A DNA stretch of 63,308 nucleotides, filler included, from Reclinomonas americana ATCC 50394 (Eukaryota): NCBI GenBank assembly GCA_048213135.1. It is 5 parts of 4 records of this genome, joined end to end, with 100 filler letters (N's around TTAATTAATTAA, not from the genome) between each part and the next. Parts side by side here need not be neighbours in the genome. Positions count along the whole stretch, not along the records: positions 5,444 to 28,770 come from PS015395.1; 4 more parts are not named here. One strand, given 5' to 3'. The notes below the pieces were generated by a model. That model did no database searches and was not told the origin of the DNA. It was given only the letters and a program-made list of their open reading frames with translations. A program made the translations under genes and the position numbers. Position 1 is the stretch's first letter. Each line of letters opens with the position of its first letter. Shown piece after piece: positions 11,101-25,468 of this stretch.

Positions 11101-12852
11101 NNNNNNNNNNNNNNNNNNNNNNNNNNNNNNNNNNNNNNNNNNNNNNNNNNNNNNNNNNNNNNNNNNNNNNNNNNNNNNNNNNNNNNNNNNNNNNNNNNNN
11201 NNNNNNNNNNNNNNNNNNNNNNNNNNNNNNNNNNNNNNNNNNNNNNNNNNNNNNNNNNNNNNNNNNNNNNNNNNNNNNNNNNNNNNNNNNNNNNNNNNNN
11301 NNNNNNNNNNNNNNGAAAAAGGGGGGAAGGAAAAGGGGGAAGGAAAAGGGGGAAGAGGAATAGGAAAGGAGAAGGGGGAAGGGAAAGGGGGAAGGGAAAG
11401 GGGGAAGGAATAGGGGGAAAGAAAAGGGGAAGGAACAGGGGGAACGAATAGGGGGAGGGGGGAGAGGAATGGTATGTGCAGATCGAGGCGGAGTGTAACG
11501 AAAGAGGAACAGTGTGTATGTGTGCGTTATATGCAAGTGTGAGAGAGTGAAAGAGATAGTGATCGACACACCCACACATGTACAGAAGCAGACACACGGC
11601 TGTATCACGACATGAGCAGTAGAGTTTGGGCACAGCGACGTGACAAAGAGTGTATGTGTGTGCATGTGTGCGCGCGCGTGTGTGTGAGGGAGAGGAGACG
11701 AAGAAGAGAGAAATCGTTTCCTATCACTCCCATGCACCAACAAACCTTGCGATCAACCCAGAAGCTCCATGGGGTCTCCAACGGCTGCAGCAGAAGCAAG
11801 TAACGTCAGCATGTGATGTGGCACACAATAATCTCTCTCGCTCTTACGCCAACTGCAACATGCGTCAAGAAGTACGGTATCTCGCACACTGCTCTGCCGA
11901 GTTCACCAGCTCTTCTCTCACTTCCTCCTACTCCATCTCAGTCTCGCGACACTGCTGTGCACATACAGTTATCTCACACTACCTCTCTCTCCTCGCCCTC
12001 CCTTCTCCCCTCCCCCCACTACTCAACATGATGCGACGGATCAATCGGCGGCAACGATCCACGCGCCCGACTCGAGGCGGGTGAGAATGGCGACCCGGTG
12101 GCCGCGTTCAGTGCCGCCGACGACGAGTGCGCCAAGAATGACGTCGTCGTGGTTGTTGACGACGACGAGGAGGAGGCCGGCTTGGCGGGGGAGCTTGGAT
12201 TCGANNNNNNNNNNNNNNNNNNNNNNNNNNNNNNNNNNNNNNNNNNNNNNNNNNNNNNNNNNNNNNNNNNNNNNNNNNNNNNNNNNNNNNNNNNNNNNNN
12301 NNNNNNNNNNNNNNNNNNNNNNNNNNNNNNNNNNNNNNNNNNNNNNNNNNNNNNNNNNNNNNNNNNNNNNNNNNNNNNNNNNNNNNNNNNNNNNNNNNNN
12401 NNNNNNNNNNNNNNNNNNNNNNNNNNNNNNNNNNNNNNNNNNNNNNNNNNNNNNNNNNNNNNNNNNNNNNNNNNNNNNNNNNNNNNNNNNNNNNNNNNNN
12501 NNNNNNNNNNNNNNNNNNNNNNNNNNNNNNNNNNNNNNNNNNNNNNNNNNNNNNNNNNNNNNNNNNNNNNNNNNNNNNNNNNNNNNNNNNNNNNNNNNNN
12601 NNNNNNNNNNNNNNNNNNNNNNNNNNNNNNNNNNNNNNNNNNNNNNNNNNNNNNNNNNNNNNNNNNNNNNNNNNNNNNNNNNNNNNNNNNNNNNNNNNNN
12701 NNNNNNNNNNNNNNNNNNNNNNNNNNNNNNNNNNNNNNNNNNNNNNNNNNNNNNCCCCCGTCACCTTCCCCCTTCACCTTCCCCCTTCACCTTCCCCCTT
12801 CACCTTCCCCTTCTCCTTCCCCTTCCCCTTTCTCACTTTCCCTCCCACTCAG

Positions 12853-13619
12853 GGCCTCGACGCCCCCGGAGCCAGCGAACAACAAGTCATCTCCCTGCAA
12901 GAGGACCAAACCACCTACCTCGGCCACCTGCAGTGCCTCGGCACGTGCCAGACAGTGGAGAACTTCTGGAGGTACTCTCTCTCCTACCCATATCCATCCC
13001 CTCTCCTTTATCTCACCCTCCTCTACCAGCTTCTACACCCACCTGGTGCGCCCGTACGACCTGCCCCGCATGACCAACTTCCACTTTTTCCGCAACCAAG
13101 TACCGCCGGCGTGGGAGAGCTACCCCAGCGGCGGCTCGTGGATTGTCAAGATTCGCAAGGAGAGCGGCATGCTCGCCAGACTGTGGGAGAAGCTGGTGTG
13201 TGCTCATCTCTCCAGTCGTCTCTATCTCTCTTTGTCTCCTCACCCCTTCCCTGTTCAATGGCAGCTCTTCTCGGTGGTGGGCGAGAGCCTGGAGGAGCCC
13301 GACGTGGTCGGCGTGGTCCTCTCCATCCGACCAAAGGAGGACGTGATCAGCGTGTGGAACGCCGACACCAACAACCGCTTCCGCATCGCCGACAAGGTCA
13401 AACGCCTGCTGCGCATCGGACCCAACACGGTCATGGAGTACAAGACCAACCTCGCCGCCCTGCAAGATCACTCGTCATACCGCAACGCCAACAAGTTTAT
13501 CGTGCAGGCCAATGAGGTTTGCAGGAAGGGAAAGGCGGTGATGGGGGAGAGGGAGAGCGAGAGAAAGAGAAGAGAGGAACACAACACAGAGAGTTGAGCA
13601 GAAGACACCTAAGCCTTTG

Positions 13620-13657
<38 letters not shown>

Positions 13658-13889
13658 TTTGCCTTGATGGCTGTCTGCCTCGAAACCATGCATTGCCTGT
13701 TTCCGTTTCAGTTGATCGCATCGTTGGAGAGTTTGGGTCTCTCTCTCTAACACACACTCTCTCCCCTCGCATTCTTTCATTCTTTCTCACTTTGTGTCTT
13801 TCTCTGTGCTTGCTGTCTCAGACAGTCTTCTATACTCGCTCGTTGTCTGGCTGCACTCGTTCTAATTGGCTTACTTCTCTGCTTTCTTG

Positions 13890-13927
<38 letters not shown>

Positions 13928-14690
13928 GTTTGCCTTGGGACCGCGCGTGTCGTCTCATGTTCCATGAGTGTTATGGTTTCTGCACTCTTTCTCCCTGTCT
14001 ATATTTCTCTTCTGCTTCTCAAGTATTGCGAGTCAAAGTTCCTATTCTCTCATTTGCTCCTCACATAACTTTGTCCCTTAGTCTTCCTTTCTCTTCCCCG
14101 TCCTCTTCGCCCTTCGCTTCCCTTTCCCTCCCTCTCATCATGCTTCCCTCCCTCTCCATTTTCTCATTCTGTTGTCTCCTTCCTTTCCCCTCTTACACCT
14201 TCTCCTCCCCCTCTCCTTCCTGTGTCCCTCACTCCCTGTTTCGTCACCTCTGTCCCTCACTGTCCATTTATCTCATTCCCCTGTTCCCTCTCTCCCCCTT
14301 CTTCTTCCCTTCCTCTCCTCTCATTCGTTTCCCCTGTTCTCCCTTCCCCTATTCTCCCTTCTTCCTCCCTTCTCCTCTTCTCCCTCCCCTCTTATCCCTC
14401 CCCTCTCTCTTCCCCTCACCTCCCCCTTTTCCTCTACGCAGGGCATGAGCCCACCGCCCACCCCACCGCTCACCCTGGTGCCGCTGGAGCGCAAGCTGAG
14501 GATCCTCGAGGAGCAAGCAAAGCAACTCGACCTCGGCAGCTCATCGACGGTGAGCACTTTCGTCCACTCTTCTTCATCTTCATTCCTCCTCACTTATCAC
14601 GAGCAGGCACCGACCATTGCACAACCGCGCCCACGGCCCAACAAGCGGGCCGATTCGCTGGATGAACCAGTGCTTGTTATCGCCGAGTAA
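12853..14690 (+). CDS. Eukaryotic translation initiation factor 4E family, class II (4EHP/nCBP-like); 5' exons unresolved (probably include 12032-12203 and gap sequence)
   Basis: Spliced product TYLGHLQCLGTCQTVENFWSFYTHL...HFFRNQVPPAWESYPSGGSWIVKIRK...LARLWEKLLFSVVGE...VVGVVLSIRPKEDVISVWNAD, with four GT-AG introns. Tyr at the W56-equivalent position suggests class II. Stop TAA at 14688-14690. Confidence 0.88.
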
Positions 14691-15037
14691 TCTTAAACGT
14701 CACCCCGCCCTTCCCTCCCTCGACATTGTTATCTTCTTTTTTGATTTTTCTTCTTCTTTTCTTCCCCACCTCACCCGCGTTTTGCCTCTAGAGATTTTTG
14801 TCTCCTTTTCGCCCACTCCCCTTGATCGGTGTTGCATTTTGTAATTCCCCTGCTGTTATACATGTGTGATTGGGCGTTCGTTGCCCACCCACTTCCGCCT
14901 CTCCGCGTAGTAAAAGAAAGCGCAGCCGATCCATTTTGCATGTGTGTTGACCAGGGCGTGTTTCCGAGTTCAAGCAGAGGGCATTCGCTGTGTCTCGATA
15001 TGTCTGTGCTAGAAGTCGAGTTTCGAAAGTGTTGAAA

Positions 15038-15570
15038 GGCATGCACACCTCCCTCACTGTTGATTGGCATGCCTCCCTCACCGTTGACTGGCACACCTCC
15101 CTCACTGTCGAATGGCAAACTTCTCTCACTGTTGACTGGCACACCTCCCTCACCGTTGAGTGGCATACCTCCCTCACTGCTGACTGGCATACCTCACTCA
15201 CTGTTGAATGGCATACCTCCCTTGCTGTTGACTGGCATTGTTCACTTGCTGTTGAACGACATGCCTCTCTCACTGTTGACTGGCATAATTCCCTCACTGT
15301 TGAATGGCATACTTTCCTCACTGCTATACGAATGATAATCCTTCCTCTCTGTTGAATGGCGACCTCCCTCACTGTTGGCTGGCATGCCTCCCTCACTGTT
15401 GACTGGCATACCTCCCTCACTGCTGACTGGCATACCTCCCTCACTGTTGAACGTCATACATCCCTCATTGTTGCATACCTCTCTCATTGTTGAATGACAT
15501 GTCTCCCTCACTGTTGACTGGCATACCTCCCTCACTGCTGGAATGGCATACCTCTCTAACAGTTGACTGA
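15038..15570. repeat. 24-bp minisatellite, about 22 degenerate copies (GGCATACCTCCCTCACTGTTGACT)
   Basis: Head-to-tail units with no spacers, lying between the convergent 3' ends of eIF4E and the CEP192-like gene. Confidence 0.95.
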
Positions 15571-15661
15571 ATGCAAGGCTCCCATCACTGCAGCATCCTC
15601 GCCCTCTCGTCTACACTGGATCTGTGACTAGGGTGTGTTACCATTTATTGCTTCTGTGCTA

Positions 15662-18600
15662 TCATCTCGGTCTCTCCGACAGCACGCTCAGTTCCACCAC
15701 GTGCGACTCGCCGTCACAGCGTAATGTCAACTCGGCAAGTGTCGGTGCGCCCGTCGCGTTGGTGGGGCCGTCAAAGGAGACCGCCAGGTCGGCGGATTCG
15801 TCCTGCGAGCGACGAGGGTGAGAGGAGGTAGAGGGAGAGACAAGCAGGTAACAGATAATCTACCTCTTCGTTTCCTCTCTCTCTTCTTCTCCTTCAATTT
15901 CAGAACTTATCTTGCACATTCCAAGCCTCTCTTCTCTCCCTCTCTGTATTTATGCTCTGCTCTTCCGAGTTTCTCTCCATCGGTCCCTATTCCACAATCC
16001 TGCTTTTGAATTCGCCATCTCCCCAGCAGCACACTTGTCTGAACTCTCTCACTCGCCACTTTTCACTGTCTTGAGTGTGACTGTGTTCCACAATCCAGTG
16101 ACGCTTATATCTGCAGTCAGTCTCACTGCCTGAAGACGCAAATAAAGAATCGCACAATTGCTGCTTCCTCACAAGTATCTCTTACCGCTCGTGCAGCTAA
16201 GACAAGAAACACTTGCTTGAGTTCCCACTTCCTCTTCCCCTCTCTTTCTCATCACTCGCAGAATTACTACAGAACATTGTACTCGATTCATGAGCAGACT
16301 CTGAGACTGTGCACACACACAATCACACACACACACACAACGCGAGAAAGAGAGATCGATCATGCAACAAATCTCAAATACCAAACCCCTCTCTCTCTCC
16401 TTCTTCTCACCCTCCGGCATTCGTCGATGCAAACTGTTCTGCGCATGCCTCACGATGGCGCTCAAGGTGCGTATTCGCTTACGAGACACACGCACAGACA
16501 TACACACACTGGACCAGTGCATAACTCCCACGCATTCAGTGAGACTCGCGTGCGTCACAAGCTTCTCTCTCACACAAACATGCACACACCGAACACAAGC
16601 ACGCAAACTACTCCTTCTCTTTCCCTTTCCCCTTTCACCCCCTCCCTTCCCCTTACTACCCCTTCCCCTTTACCCCTTCCCCCCTGGGCGCTCACCGGCT
16701 GCAACAACCCCTCCTCCGCAACCTTGAACCTCCGATCATTACACGAGGCACGCCAGTGCAACGGTGTGTCGCCCACATTGGTCAGCAGCAGCAAGTCCCG
16801 CGACTGCGCGCCCACAAAGTACAGACTCTGCGAGCCCAAATGCAAACTCTGTGTGCACGCCTCGCCTGCTCGTGAAGTGAGCGACAAATCACAGACACGC
16901 CCACACGCGCGAGTGCACAAACTCACCAAAGAGGCGCACCGAGTCCGTGTGCTCACTCTGCGTAACGGGGCTCACGTGGCGCACCTGCAGCGTGCGCACC
17001 ACCGGTCCCAGATGCTGGTGCGTGGGCATGAATACCACCGGCAGCATCACATACGATCGCGGACGAATCTCCACCGATGCGTGGCGCACGCGGAACGGCG
17101 GTCCAGGCGCCACAATGTCCACTCGCGCCGCGGTGGAACACGGATTGCAAATCGGCAGCTTCGCCGTCCGCCGACCACCGACCTTGGTGCGCGGGAACGT
17201 CAACTGATCGTCGCGCACATACACGGCATCGCGCGGTTTGCCACTGCCGCGACGCTGCGACAAGATGCTGCCGCCGCCTGTGGTGCCACCATTGGTGGAG
17301 GTGTAGGTGCCGGTTTCCGAAGGCACGCCCTCGTCTTGCGGGTGGTTGTCGGCGGCGTCGAACTGAGGAGATAGAGAGAGAGAGGTGAGCAAAGTGGAGG
17401 ACTGAGCTTTTGGAGACATGGAATCACCTTCCCGCCCAACGCATATCTCGTCTTTGGCATGTGCGACTCCACCCGCGACGACGATCGGTGTGGCGGCGTT
17501 CCTTCTCCGGTCGGATGCGACACGCCCATTGACAGCTGCACGAGAACAATGAGCAGATAGGAAATTGATCAACATGTCGTCGCTATCTCGTTTTGTTGCT
17601 GTTCTTCGTGTGCTCCATTTTCTACCTCAGCATCGTTCTCCTCTTCCGGCCTCTATTTTTATCTCCTTCTTCCTCTACTTCTACTCATTCTTCGCGTCCA
17701 TTATCTTCCCTTTTTCTCGCAAATCCCCAAATCCTCCTCATCTTTTTCTTTATCGTCGTTGTATTCTTCTTGTTGCTTTTTATCTATTTCTCGTTCTTCT
17801 GCTTCTCCTTCAGTAACCACCCTCTTTCTTCCCGCTCCCTCTCGGTCCCATTCATCCCTCTCTCCCTTCACATTCTTACTCCCCTCCTCCCTTCTCCTTT
17901 CCGTCTCCTTCTCCTCTACTTCACCCTTCCCCTCATTCGCGCACCATTCTCGGCGGCTCACTGGACACCGCCCCTGGCGGCCTGTTGTGCTCCGGCGGCA
18001 CCAAATCCCCACGCATGCTGACCTGCACCTGCTTGCTGTGCTCGACACTCTCAAACACGAAATACTGCGTGTACGACACCACGCCCGTGCCAATCGCCGT
18101 CTCCGGCCCCGCCGCCGTGTCCTCGATCGGCGGGCAGAACTCCACGTCCACCTCCACCGTGCGGCGAGGGGCGACCTTGCCGCGCAGCAGCGCAAAGCGG
18201 AACACGCTGCCAATGTCGTCGGAGAGCGTGGTCACCTTGCCCTGCCAATGCATCACCAGTAAGTGGGCTGGTGGAGAAGGGACAGTGTCTCCTTGGCAAA
18301 GGGAACGCACATCAGCCAGTGTCCGGAGAACGCGCGTGGATGGCTGCAGGGTCCACGAAAGCTCGCGCTTGAACGACACATTGTCGATGCTGAGTCGCGA
18401 GCTCACGTACGCGCCACCACCACGCACTCGCCGTTGCAGTTGCAAGTGCAGGTGCTTGGTGCGCAGCAGCAGAGGTGCGTGTCCGGAGCCCACATTGAAC
18501 ACTTCACCGTGGCCGGCCTTTTCGCGCAGCAGTGCCTCGGCGTCCGCCTGCGCCGACGGAGAGATCGGGCGGTCGGCGGAGGGTGTCTTTTTCGGCGTGC

Positions 18601-21600
18601 TCAACATGCGCTTGTCGTCGCCCGGTGAGCCTGAGTGCGTGCAGCAAGTGTGTGTGAGAGAGAAGAGGAGAGATGAAGTGAGAGAGAAGGAGAGATGGAG
18701 ACTGAGAAGGAGAGAGATACGGAGAGATGGAGTAAGAAGGAGACATGAAAGAGAAGGAGACATGGAGAGAGAGAGAGAGAATGAGTGACAAAGAGAGATA
18801 GGGAGAAAAAGAGACATGGTGACAGTGATAAGAGAGAAGGGAGAGAGAAAAGGAGAGATAGAGTGCGAGAAGCCGAGAGATGGAGTGAGAGAAAAGGAGA
18901 AATGGGAGAGAGAGACGGAGAGATGGAGTGCGAAGGAGACATGAGAGTAGGAGACATGGAGAGAGAAGGTCAAAAAAGTGGGAGAAGGAGAGATTGACAG
19001 CGAGTTGGAGAGAGAGAGGAAACAAACTCTAGAATCGCAACACTCAAAACTCACTCACACAGACAACAGAGAGAAAGAAGAAGACACACTTTAAGAGAGA
19101 GAAGGAGACATGGAGAGAGAACAGGGAAGGACAGATTGAGAGAGAAGGAGAGAAAGAGAGAGGAAACAGACACTGCATATCGAAAATCGCAAAACTCATA
19201 ACTCTCTCTCTCTCTCACACAGACGGAGACAAGAAGACACGCTATTACGAGAGAGGGATAGAGAGAGTTGGAGAGAGAGAGAGGAAACAACACTGCAAAT
19301 CGAATATCGCAACACTGAGATGAAACAGCCTTACGAGAGAGAGAAGGAGAGACGGCGAGAAAGCGAAGAGAGATGAAAAACACTGCATATCAAATATCAC
19401 AACACTCATAACTCTCTCATAGGCAAGGAGAAAAGAAGACACACGTACGAGAGAGAGACAGAGAGAGAGAGAGAAGGAGAGAAAGAGAGAGAGAGAGAGA
19501 CAGGAAACAAACGCTGCATATCGATATCGCAACACTCATGACTCTCTTACTCTTCCAAGGGCATATCACTCACCAGATCGCCCACGACGACTGGGCTCGA
19601 ATGGCATCACTGGTGGCGGTGGTGCCACCGAGCGAGGTGAGCTTCGCGGCGACGCCGAGAACGGTTTGATCACCACTGGAATAAGCAGCGGAGGCACCGT
19701 GCCGAGTTCCTGCGGCTGGATGCTGATCGATGTTTCCACTCGCTCAGGAGTCGCCGCCGTGCTGGCAATCAGTGCCTCCGCAGCCGACACGGTCTGCGAG
19801 GAATATGAGCACCAGGAGATTTGCTCTCAAAGCAAGAGGGGAAACGCAACATGCAGCTGCGACTGGCCCGGGCGCAGAGTGCCAGTCGGTGCGGAGACAA
19901 TCAGTCGGGACAGGGGGAACAGAATCTCGTATGCCACGCTCAGGTTCGAGCTGTGATTGTGCACCACCAAGTGCTCTGTCAGAGGAAGGGTGAGTGATGG
20001 GAGAGGCAACAAGCACTCGTCTCTGCCTCTCTTACCAAGACGGTGCTGTGAGTGCAGCTCGATCGTGGCCGGATGCACGCTAAACACTGGATGCGACAAG
20101 TGTCTGTAGCCATCGGTCGACAGCACAGGCGTCGGACCAGGAGCCGGAGGTGGAGATGTTGCGACAATGGCTGGTGGAGAACGATCGAGAGCGGCCGAGA
20201 GCGTGTGCGGTGGGGATGACCTCTGCTCACATGAATGCTTCAGCACATCAAGGACGAGAGAGAAACAAGAGACACTTTGTGCGCACCTCCTCGCCAATCA
20301 CCACCTGCACTGGCACCTCCACTCTCCGCAGGCTCTCCGTAAACACCTCGGCATCGTAGAATGTGTCAAATGCCGTTTCCGCCTGTGCTCACAGTTGAGC
20401 GAGGAAGCAGTGCGCTTGAAAATGGGAAAGAGAACATACCGTGCTGAGTGTTGGATCGTTGTATTCGGTGTCTTCGTAGTCGAATGCCGGGACAGCGTTC
20501 TGTGCCAGCGCGTCGTCGAACACATCGAAGGAGAGCACTTGCGTGTCGGAGGCCACGGCGCCTGCAACGAAGAGGGAAGGGAACAAACAGAAGTAAGATG
20601 AGAGTTACGCGTTTCTCCTTCTGAATGCGGGAGAGAGAGAGAAGAGAAAGAAGACAGAGAGACACAGANNNNNNNNNNNNNNNNNNNNCAGAGAGAAAGA
20701 GAGAAAGTGAGTCAGAGAGTCGAATCACTGTTGCAGAATAGAGCGTGGAACAAGGCGATGAATTCCTGCAAGAACTGGAGAGAAATATTCAACTAACTGA
20801 GCATGCATCAAAAAGAAGGGATGTCACTGCGAGTTGGAGAGAGAAGAGAAGATGAGAGAACATTTAATCACTTACGCAGGATAGATTGTGGGTGAAGAGC
20901 GAATTATGGAGAATGATAGCAGACTGCATGCATGGCAATTCGATTTGTGAGAGAAAAAGAAAGATGAGATCGAGTGAGATGGTCGAATCACAAAGGATGG
21001 ATTGTGCAAGATGGTTTCTGAAAGAAGAGAAGAGACCCGAAGGATTTCTGAGCATGCAGAGACATTGCAACAAAATGGAAGAAGAGAAAGACGAGAGAGG
21101 AGAGAAGGAGGAATCTCCTTTCACATATAGTGTGCGAGAACGTGCTGAAGACGGGAGAACGAAAGAACTCGGAGATAATGCAATGAAAATAGAAGAAGGA
21201 TGGCATCACAATTTGAGAGAGAACAGAAAGATGAGAGAGACAGTCGAATCGCATTCAGGGCAAAGTTTGCATGTCATGTAGAAGACGAGAGAAACGCAGA
21301 GAACGATTGAAACATGTTAGAAGAGAGGGTGCGATGAGGTTGATCTCACAAGCTGAACGTCGCTGATTCTTTACAAAAGGACGAGAGTAAACTTGGAGAC
21401 AGAATGAGAGACCTTGCAGAAATGACACATCAAATTAAAAGGCTGACGATTCAGCGACAAGTGAAATCAACATCCTCCAACCAATCTCAGTCATGACGCT
21501 CCAGCTCACTCTATTGTTCTCCTCAGCAACACTCACAAGGCTCTCCATTCCCCCTTCCCCTTATTCCCCCTTCCCCTTCTTCTCCCCTTCTCCGCCCTTC

Positions 21601-24600
21601 TCCTTTTTACGCACCTGGCACCCCTGACCCCAACTGCATCTGCAGCGCACGAATCTTGTGCTTCCTTCTCCTCTGCCGCAAAAACTCCTCGCCAAACTCC
21701 AACACCAGCGTCACCGCGCGCCGTCCACTCGCCGGATCGCCGACCCGATGGTGCACCGTCACCAGCACCTCCTGCTCGCCACCCGACGCCCCCAACAGGA
21801 AGAATTCCGGCCGCACCGTCACCCCTCCATCCGCACAATACGCCCGCACAAACGCCATGCGACTGCCGTGGTTGACGGCGCGCGTGCACAGCTGCGCCTC
21901 GCCACCCGGCGGCACACGCAACACCAGCACCGACGAGTCGGCGGCCGAGCTCTCCCGTCGCACCTGCAGCGCCACCTGCGCCGTGCCGGCCCAGGCCAGC
22001 AGTGGGATCTTGAAAATGGTCTGCGGATCGGTCTGCAGCAGCAGTGCGGACCGGTGCGCCAAGGCACGGGTGGGCGTGCGCTGCAGCGTCGGCCGGAAGC
22101 GCACCTCCACACGCGTGCTCTCCCCGGGCGCCAGATGCACCACGGGCGACGTGGCAATGTCGAACACACGCGGCACGCCACTGGCCGGGTGCGGCGGTGG
22201 GGCGACGGACACGTCGATGCTGCACGAGCGGTAGGCGCTGTTGTTGGACACTATCACCGACTCGGTCTTGGTCTCGCCGTGCGCCACCGCCGAGAAGTTG
22301 ACCACGGGTCGGTCGCAGATGATTGTCGGCGCCTCCTCCACCTCGGCCAGCACGGGGATGGAGTAGCGTGAGTGCGCGGTGCGCAGGGTCAGGGTGCCGT
22401 TGATCTGCCGGTGGGGAAGGAGGGGGAAAGAGGGGGAAGGGAGTTAGCAGGGAGAAGGAGGGGGTAAGAGGGGGAAGGGAGTTAGCAGGGAGAAGGAAAA
22501 GGGGAAGAGAGGGAAGGAGAAGAGACGGAAGGAGAAGAGACGGAAGGAGAAGAGAGGGAAGAAGAAGAGACGGAAGAAGAGAGAGAAGGAGAAGAGACGG
22601 AAGGAGAAGAGAGGGAAGAAAAAAGACGGAAGAAGAGAGAGAAGGAGAAGAGACGGAAGGAGAAGAGAGGGAAGAAGAAGAGACGGAAGAAGAGACGGAA
22701 GGAGAAGAGACGGAAGGAGAAGAGATGGAAGGAGAAGAGACGGAAGGAGAAGAGATGGAANNNNNNNNNNNNNNNNNNNNNNNNNNNNNNNNNNNNNNNN
22801 NNNNNNNNNNNNNNNNNNNNNNNNNNNNNNNNNNNNNNNNNNNNNNNNNNNNNNNNNNNNNNNNNNNNNNNNNNNNNNNNNNNNNNNNNNNNNNNNNNNN
22901 NNNNNNNNNNNNNNNNNNNNNNNNNNNNNNNNNNNNNNNNNNNNNNNNNNNNNNNNNNNNNNNNNNNNNNNNNNNNNNNNNNNNNNNNNNNNNNNNNNNN
23001 NNNNNNNNNNNNNNNNNNNNNNNNNNNNNNNNNNNNNNNNNNNNNNNNNNNNNNNNNNNNNNNNNNNNNNNNNNNNNNNNNNNNNNNNNNNNNNNNNNNN
23101 NNNNNNNNNNNNNNNNNNNNNNNNNNNNNNNNNNNNNNNNNNNNNNNNNNNNNNNNNNNNNNNNNNNNNNNNNNNNNNNNNNNNNNNNNNNNNNNNNNNN
23201 NNNNNNNNNNNNNNNNNNNNNNNNNNNNNNNNNNNNNNNNNNNNNNNNNNNNNNNNNNNNNNNNNNNNNNNNNNNNNNNNNNNNNNNNNNNNNNNNNNNN
23301 NNNNNNNNNNNNNNNNNNNNNNNNNNNNNNNNNNNNNNNNNNNNNNNNNNNNNNNNNNNNNNNNNNNNNNNNNNNNNNNNNNNNNNNNNNNNNNNNNNNN
23401 NNNNNNNNNNNNNNNNNNNNNNNNNNNNNNNNNNNNNNNNNNNNNNNNNNNNNNNNNNNNNNNNNNNNNAGAGAGAGAGAGAGAAACAGAGAGAGAGAGA
23501 AGGGGAAGGAGAAGGGGGAAGGAGAAGAGAGGGAAGGAGAAGAGGCGGAAGGACAAGAGACGGAAGGAGAAGGGAGAAGGGAGTTAGCAGGGAGAAGGTT
23601 GACGCTCATTGTCAGTTTCTTTCACCTTCAAGATATCTCTCTCCCCTCTCTCGCTCCATGATTGCTCACTCTAGCTCCGGAGAAGCGAATTGCACATTTG
23701 CACTCTCACAAACAATCTGTCTCAATTGTTGCGCTCTGTCTCATCACTTCGCTCACTCATTCCTGACTCTTCCTCTGTGATGAGTCTGCGTTACATTCAT
23801 CTCATTCTACTTCTTGCCTCCGACAGCAGTTGTATTGTCGGAAGAGAGAAAGAGACAGAAGAAGACGAGGAGAGGCGAAGAGAAACATAGCAGCTGCACT
23901 TCTTCGCTAAATAAGTCTCACTCTCACTGTCCATCGCTCTTCCCCTCGCTCTCATGAGTCATCCCATTACTCGTCCCAGTCCCTTCACTTTTCCCCCTCA
24001 CTCTTACCCTTCACACTTCACTCCTGCAACACTCTTTCCGATCTCCCTTCTCATCACTTCCCTTCGTCCCCATAATTCTTCCCCGCCTCGCTCGATTCTT
24101 CAACTTTCTCGCCGCTCTTCCATGTCACCGTTCCTCTCATTCTTTCCTTTTCCCTTCACTTTTTCCTTCCTCTTCTCCTCACACTGTCTTTAATTTGCTC
24201 CCTTTGCTCTTTCCCTTCTCTCATATCCTCGCTCTCTCCCTTCCCCCTTGATTCCCACTCTTCCCTTTCCCTTCACTTTTCCTTACCCTTCTCCTCACAC
24301 TGTCTTTCACTTGCTCCCTTTGCTCTTCCCCTTCTCATATTCTCCTCGCTCTCTCCCTTCCCCCTCCGTCTCTCTCATTATCCTTCCCTGCCCTTCCCCT
24401 TCTTCCCTTCCCTTCTCTCCTTCCTCCCTCTCGTCCTTCCCCTCTCTCCACCCACCTTTCCGGTCCTCTGCGGCGTGAATCGCAGCTGCACGGTGACCAC
24501 ATCCTTTGGTGGCACGCGCACCCGCTCCGGGAACTGCAGCTCCACACAATCGCTGTCAAACTCCACATCCAGCGGCAGATTGCCGGCATTCCTCAACGGC

Positions 24601-25437
24601 AACGGCGTGAGACTCGTCTGTCCGAGCACCGCATTGTTGAAAAAGAGCGCCTGGCAGTGCTTCGGAATCTGCAGACGACCACGTCCCGACGATGCCAGCA
24701 GCTCCACTCGTTGCTCCAGCTGCTGCTCGGTCGGCGCCGATTCGTCGGCCAAAAAGTCGGTCCACGGCAGCACCGAAACGTGTGCGTGCACCACGTCGGC
24801 TGCTTGCATGACGTGTGGGTGCGCCGGGCGTCGATACTCAATGGCCACGCGTGTTGGCATCTCGGAGTTGACCGGCAGCACAATAGAGCGAGGATCTATT
24901 GACAGAGAATGGTGAGAAAGGGTGTGAGGCAACGCCTTGATGGGAATGGCGACGCACCTGCGGGTTGTGGAACATTTTCGTGCGCACTGTCGAGGTAAAT
25001 GTGGAATGGTGGCTCGGTGGAACCTGCACAATGACGAGTTTGTCAGCAATAGAGCCACAACATAAGCATCCATGTCCACCACACCATGCGCCACAAGGGT
25101 GGCCATCAGCAACAGTGGAGCCGCAGTCTTGTTCCACACTCGGAATGTCTGCAACACTGGTCCGTCGGCCACCAGCGACTGTGGTGTGCCACTGAAAATC
25201 AAGTCCGCCGAGTCAACCTGCATGTGCGCAAGTGAGACAACCTTGCACCGCATCAAGAGAGAGAGAGACAGAGAGAGACAGAGAGAGACAGAGAGAGACA
25301 GAGAGAGAGAGAGAGACAGAGAGACAGAGAGATAGAGAGATAGAGAGACAGAGAGAGAGACAGAGAGAGAGAGAGACAGAGAGACACAAAGAGACACAGA
25401 GAGACACAGAGAGAGAGAGACACGGAGAGAGAGAGAC

Positions 25438-25468
<31 letters not shown>

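Noticed and set aside
12020..12035. Possible non-AG (TG) acceptor for an eIF4E 5' exon
   Set aside because: A pyrimidine tract is followed by caacatg and an acidic frame with no AG, but a single-base error or a different start explains it equally well; one case next to gaps is not enough.
15038..15570. CRISPR-like array
   Set aside because: Units are contiguous with no unique spacers, the context is eukaryotic and there are no cas genes.
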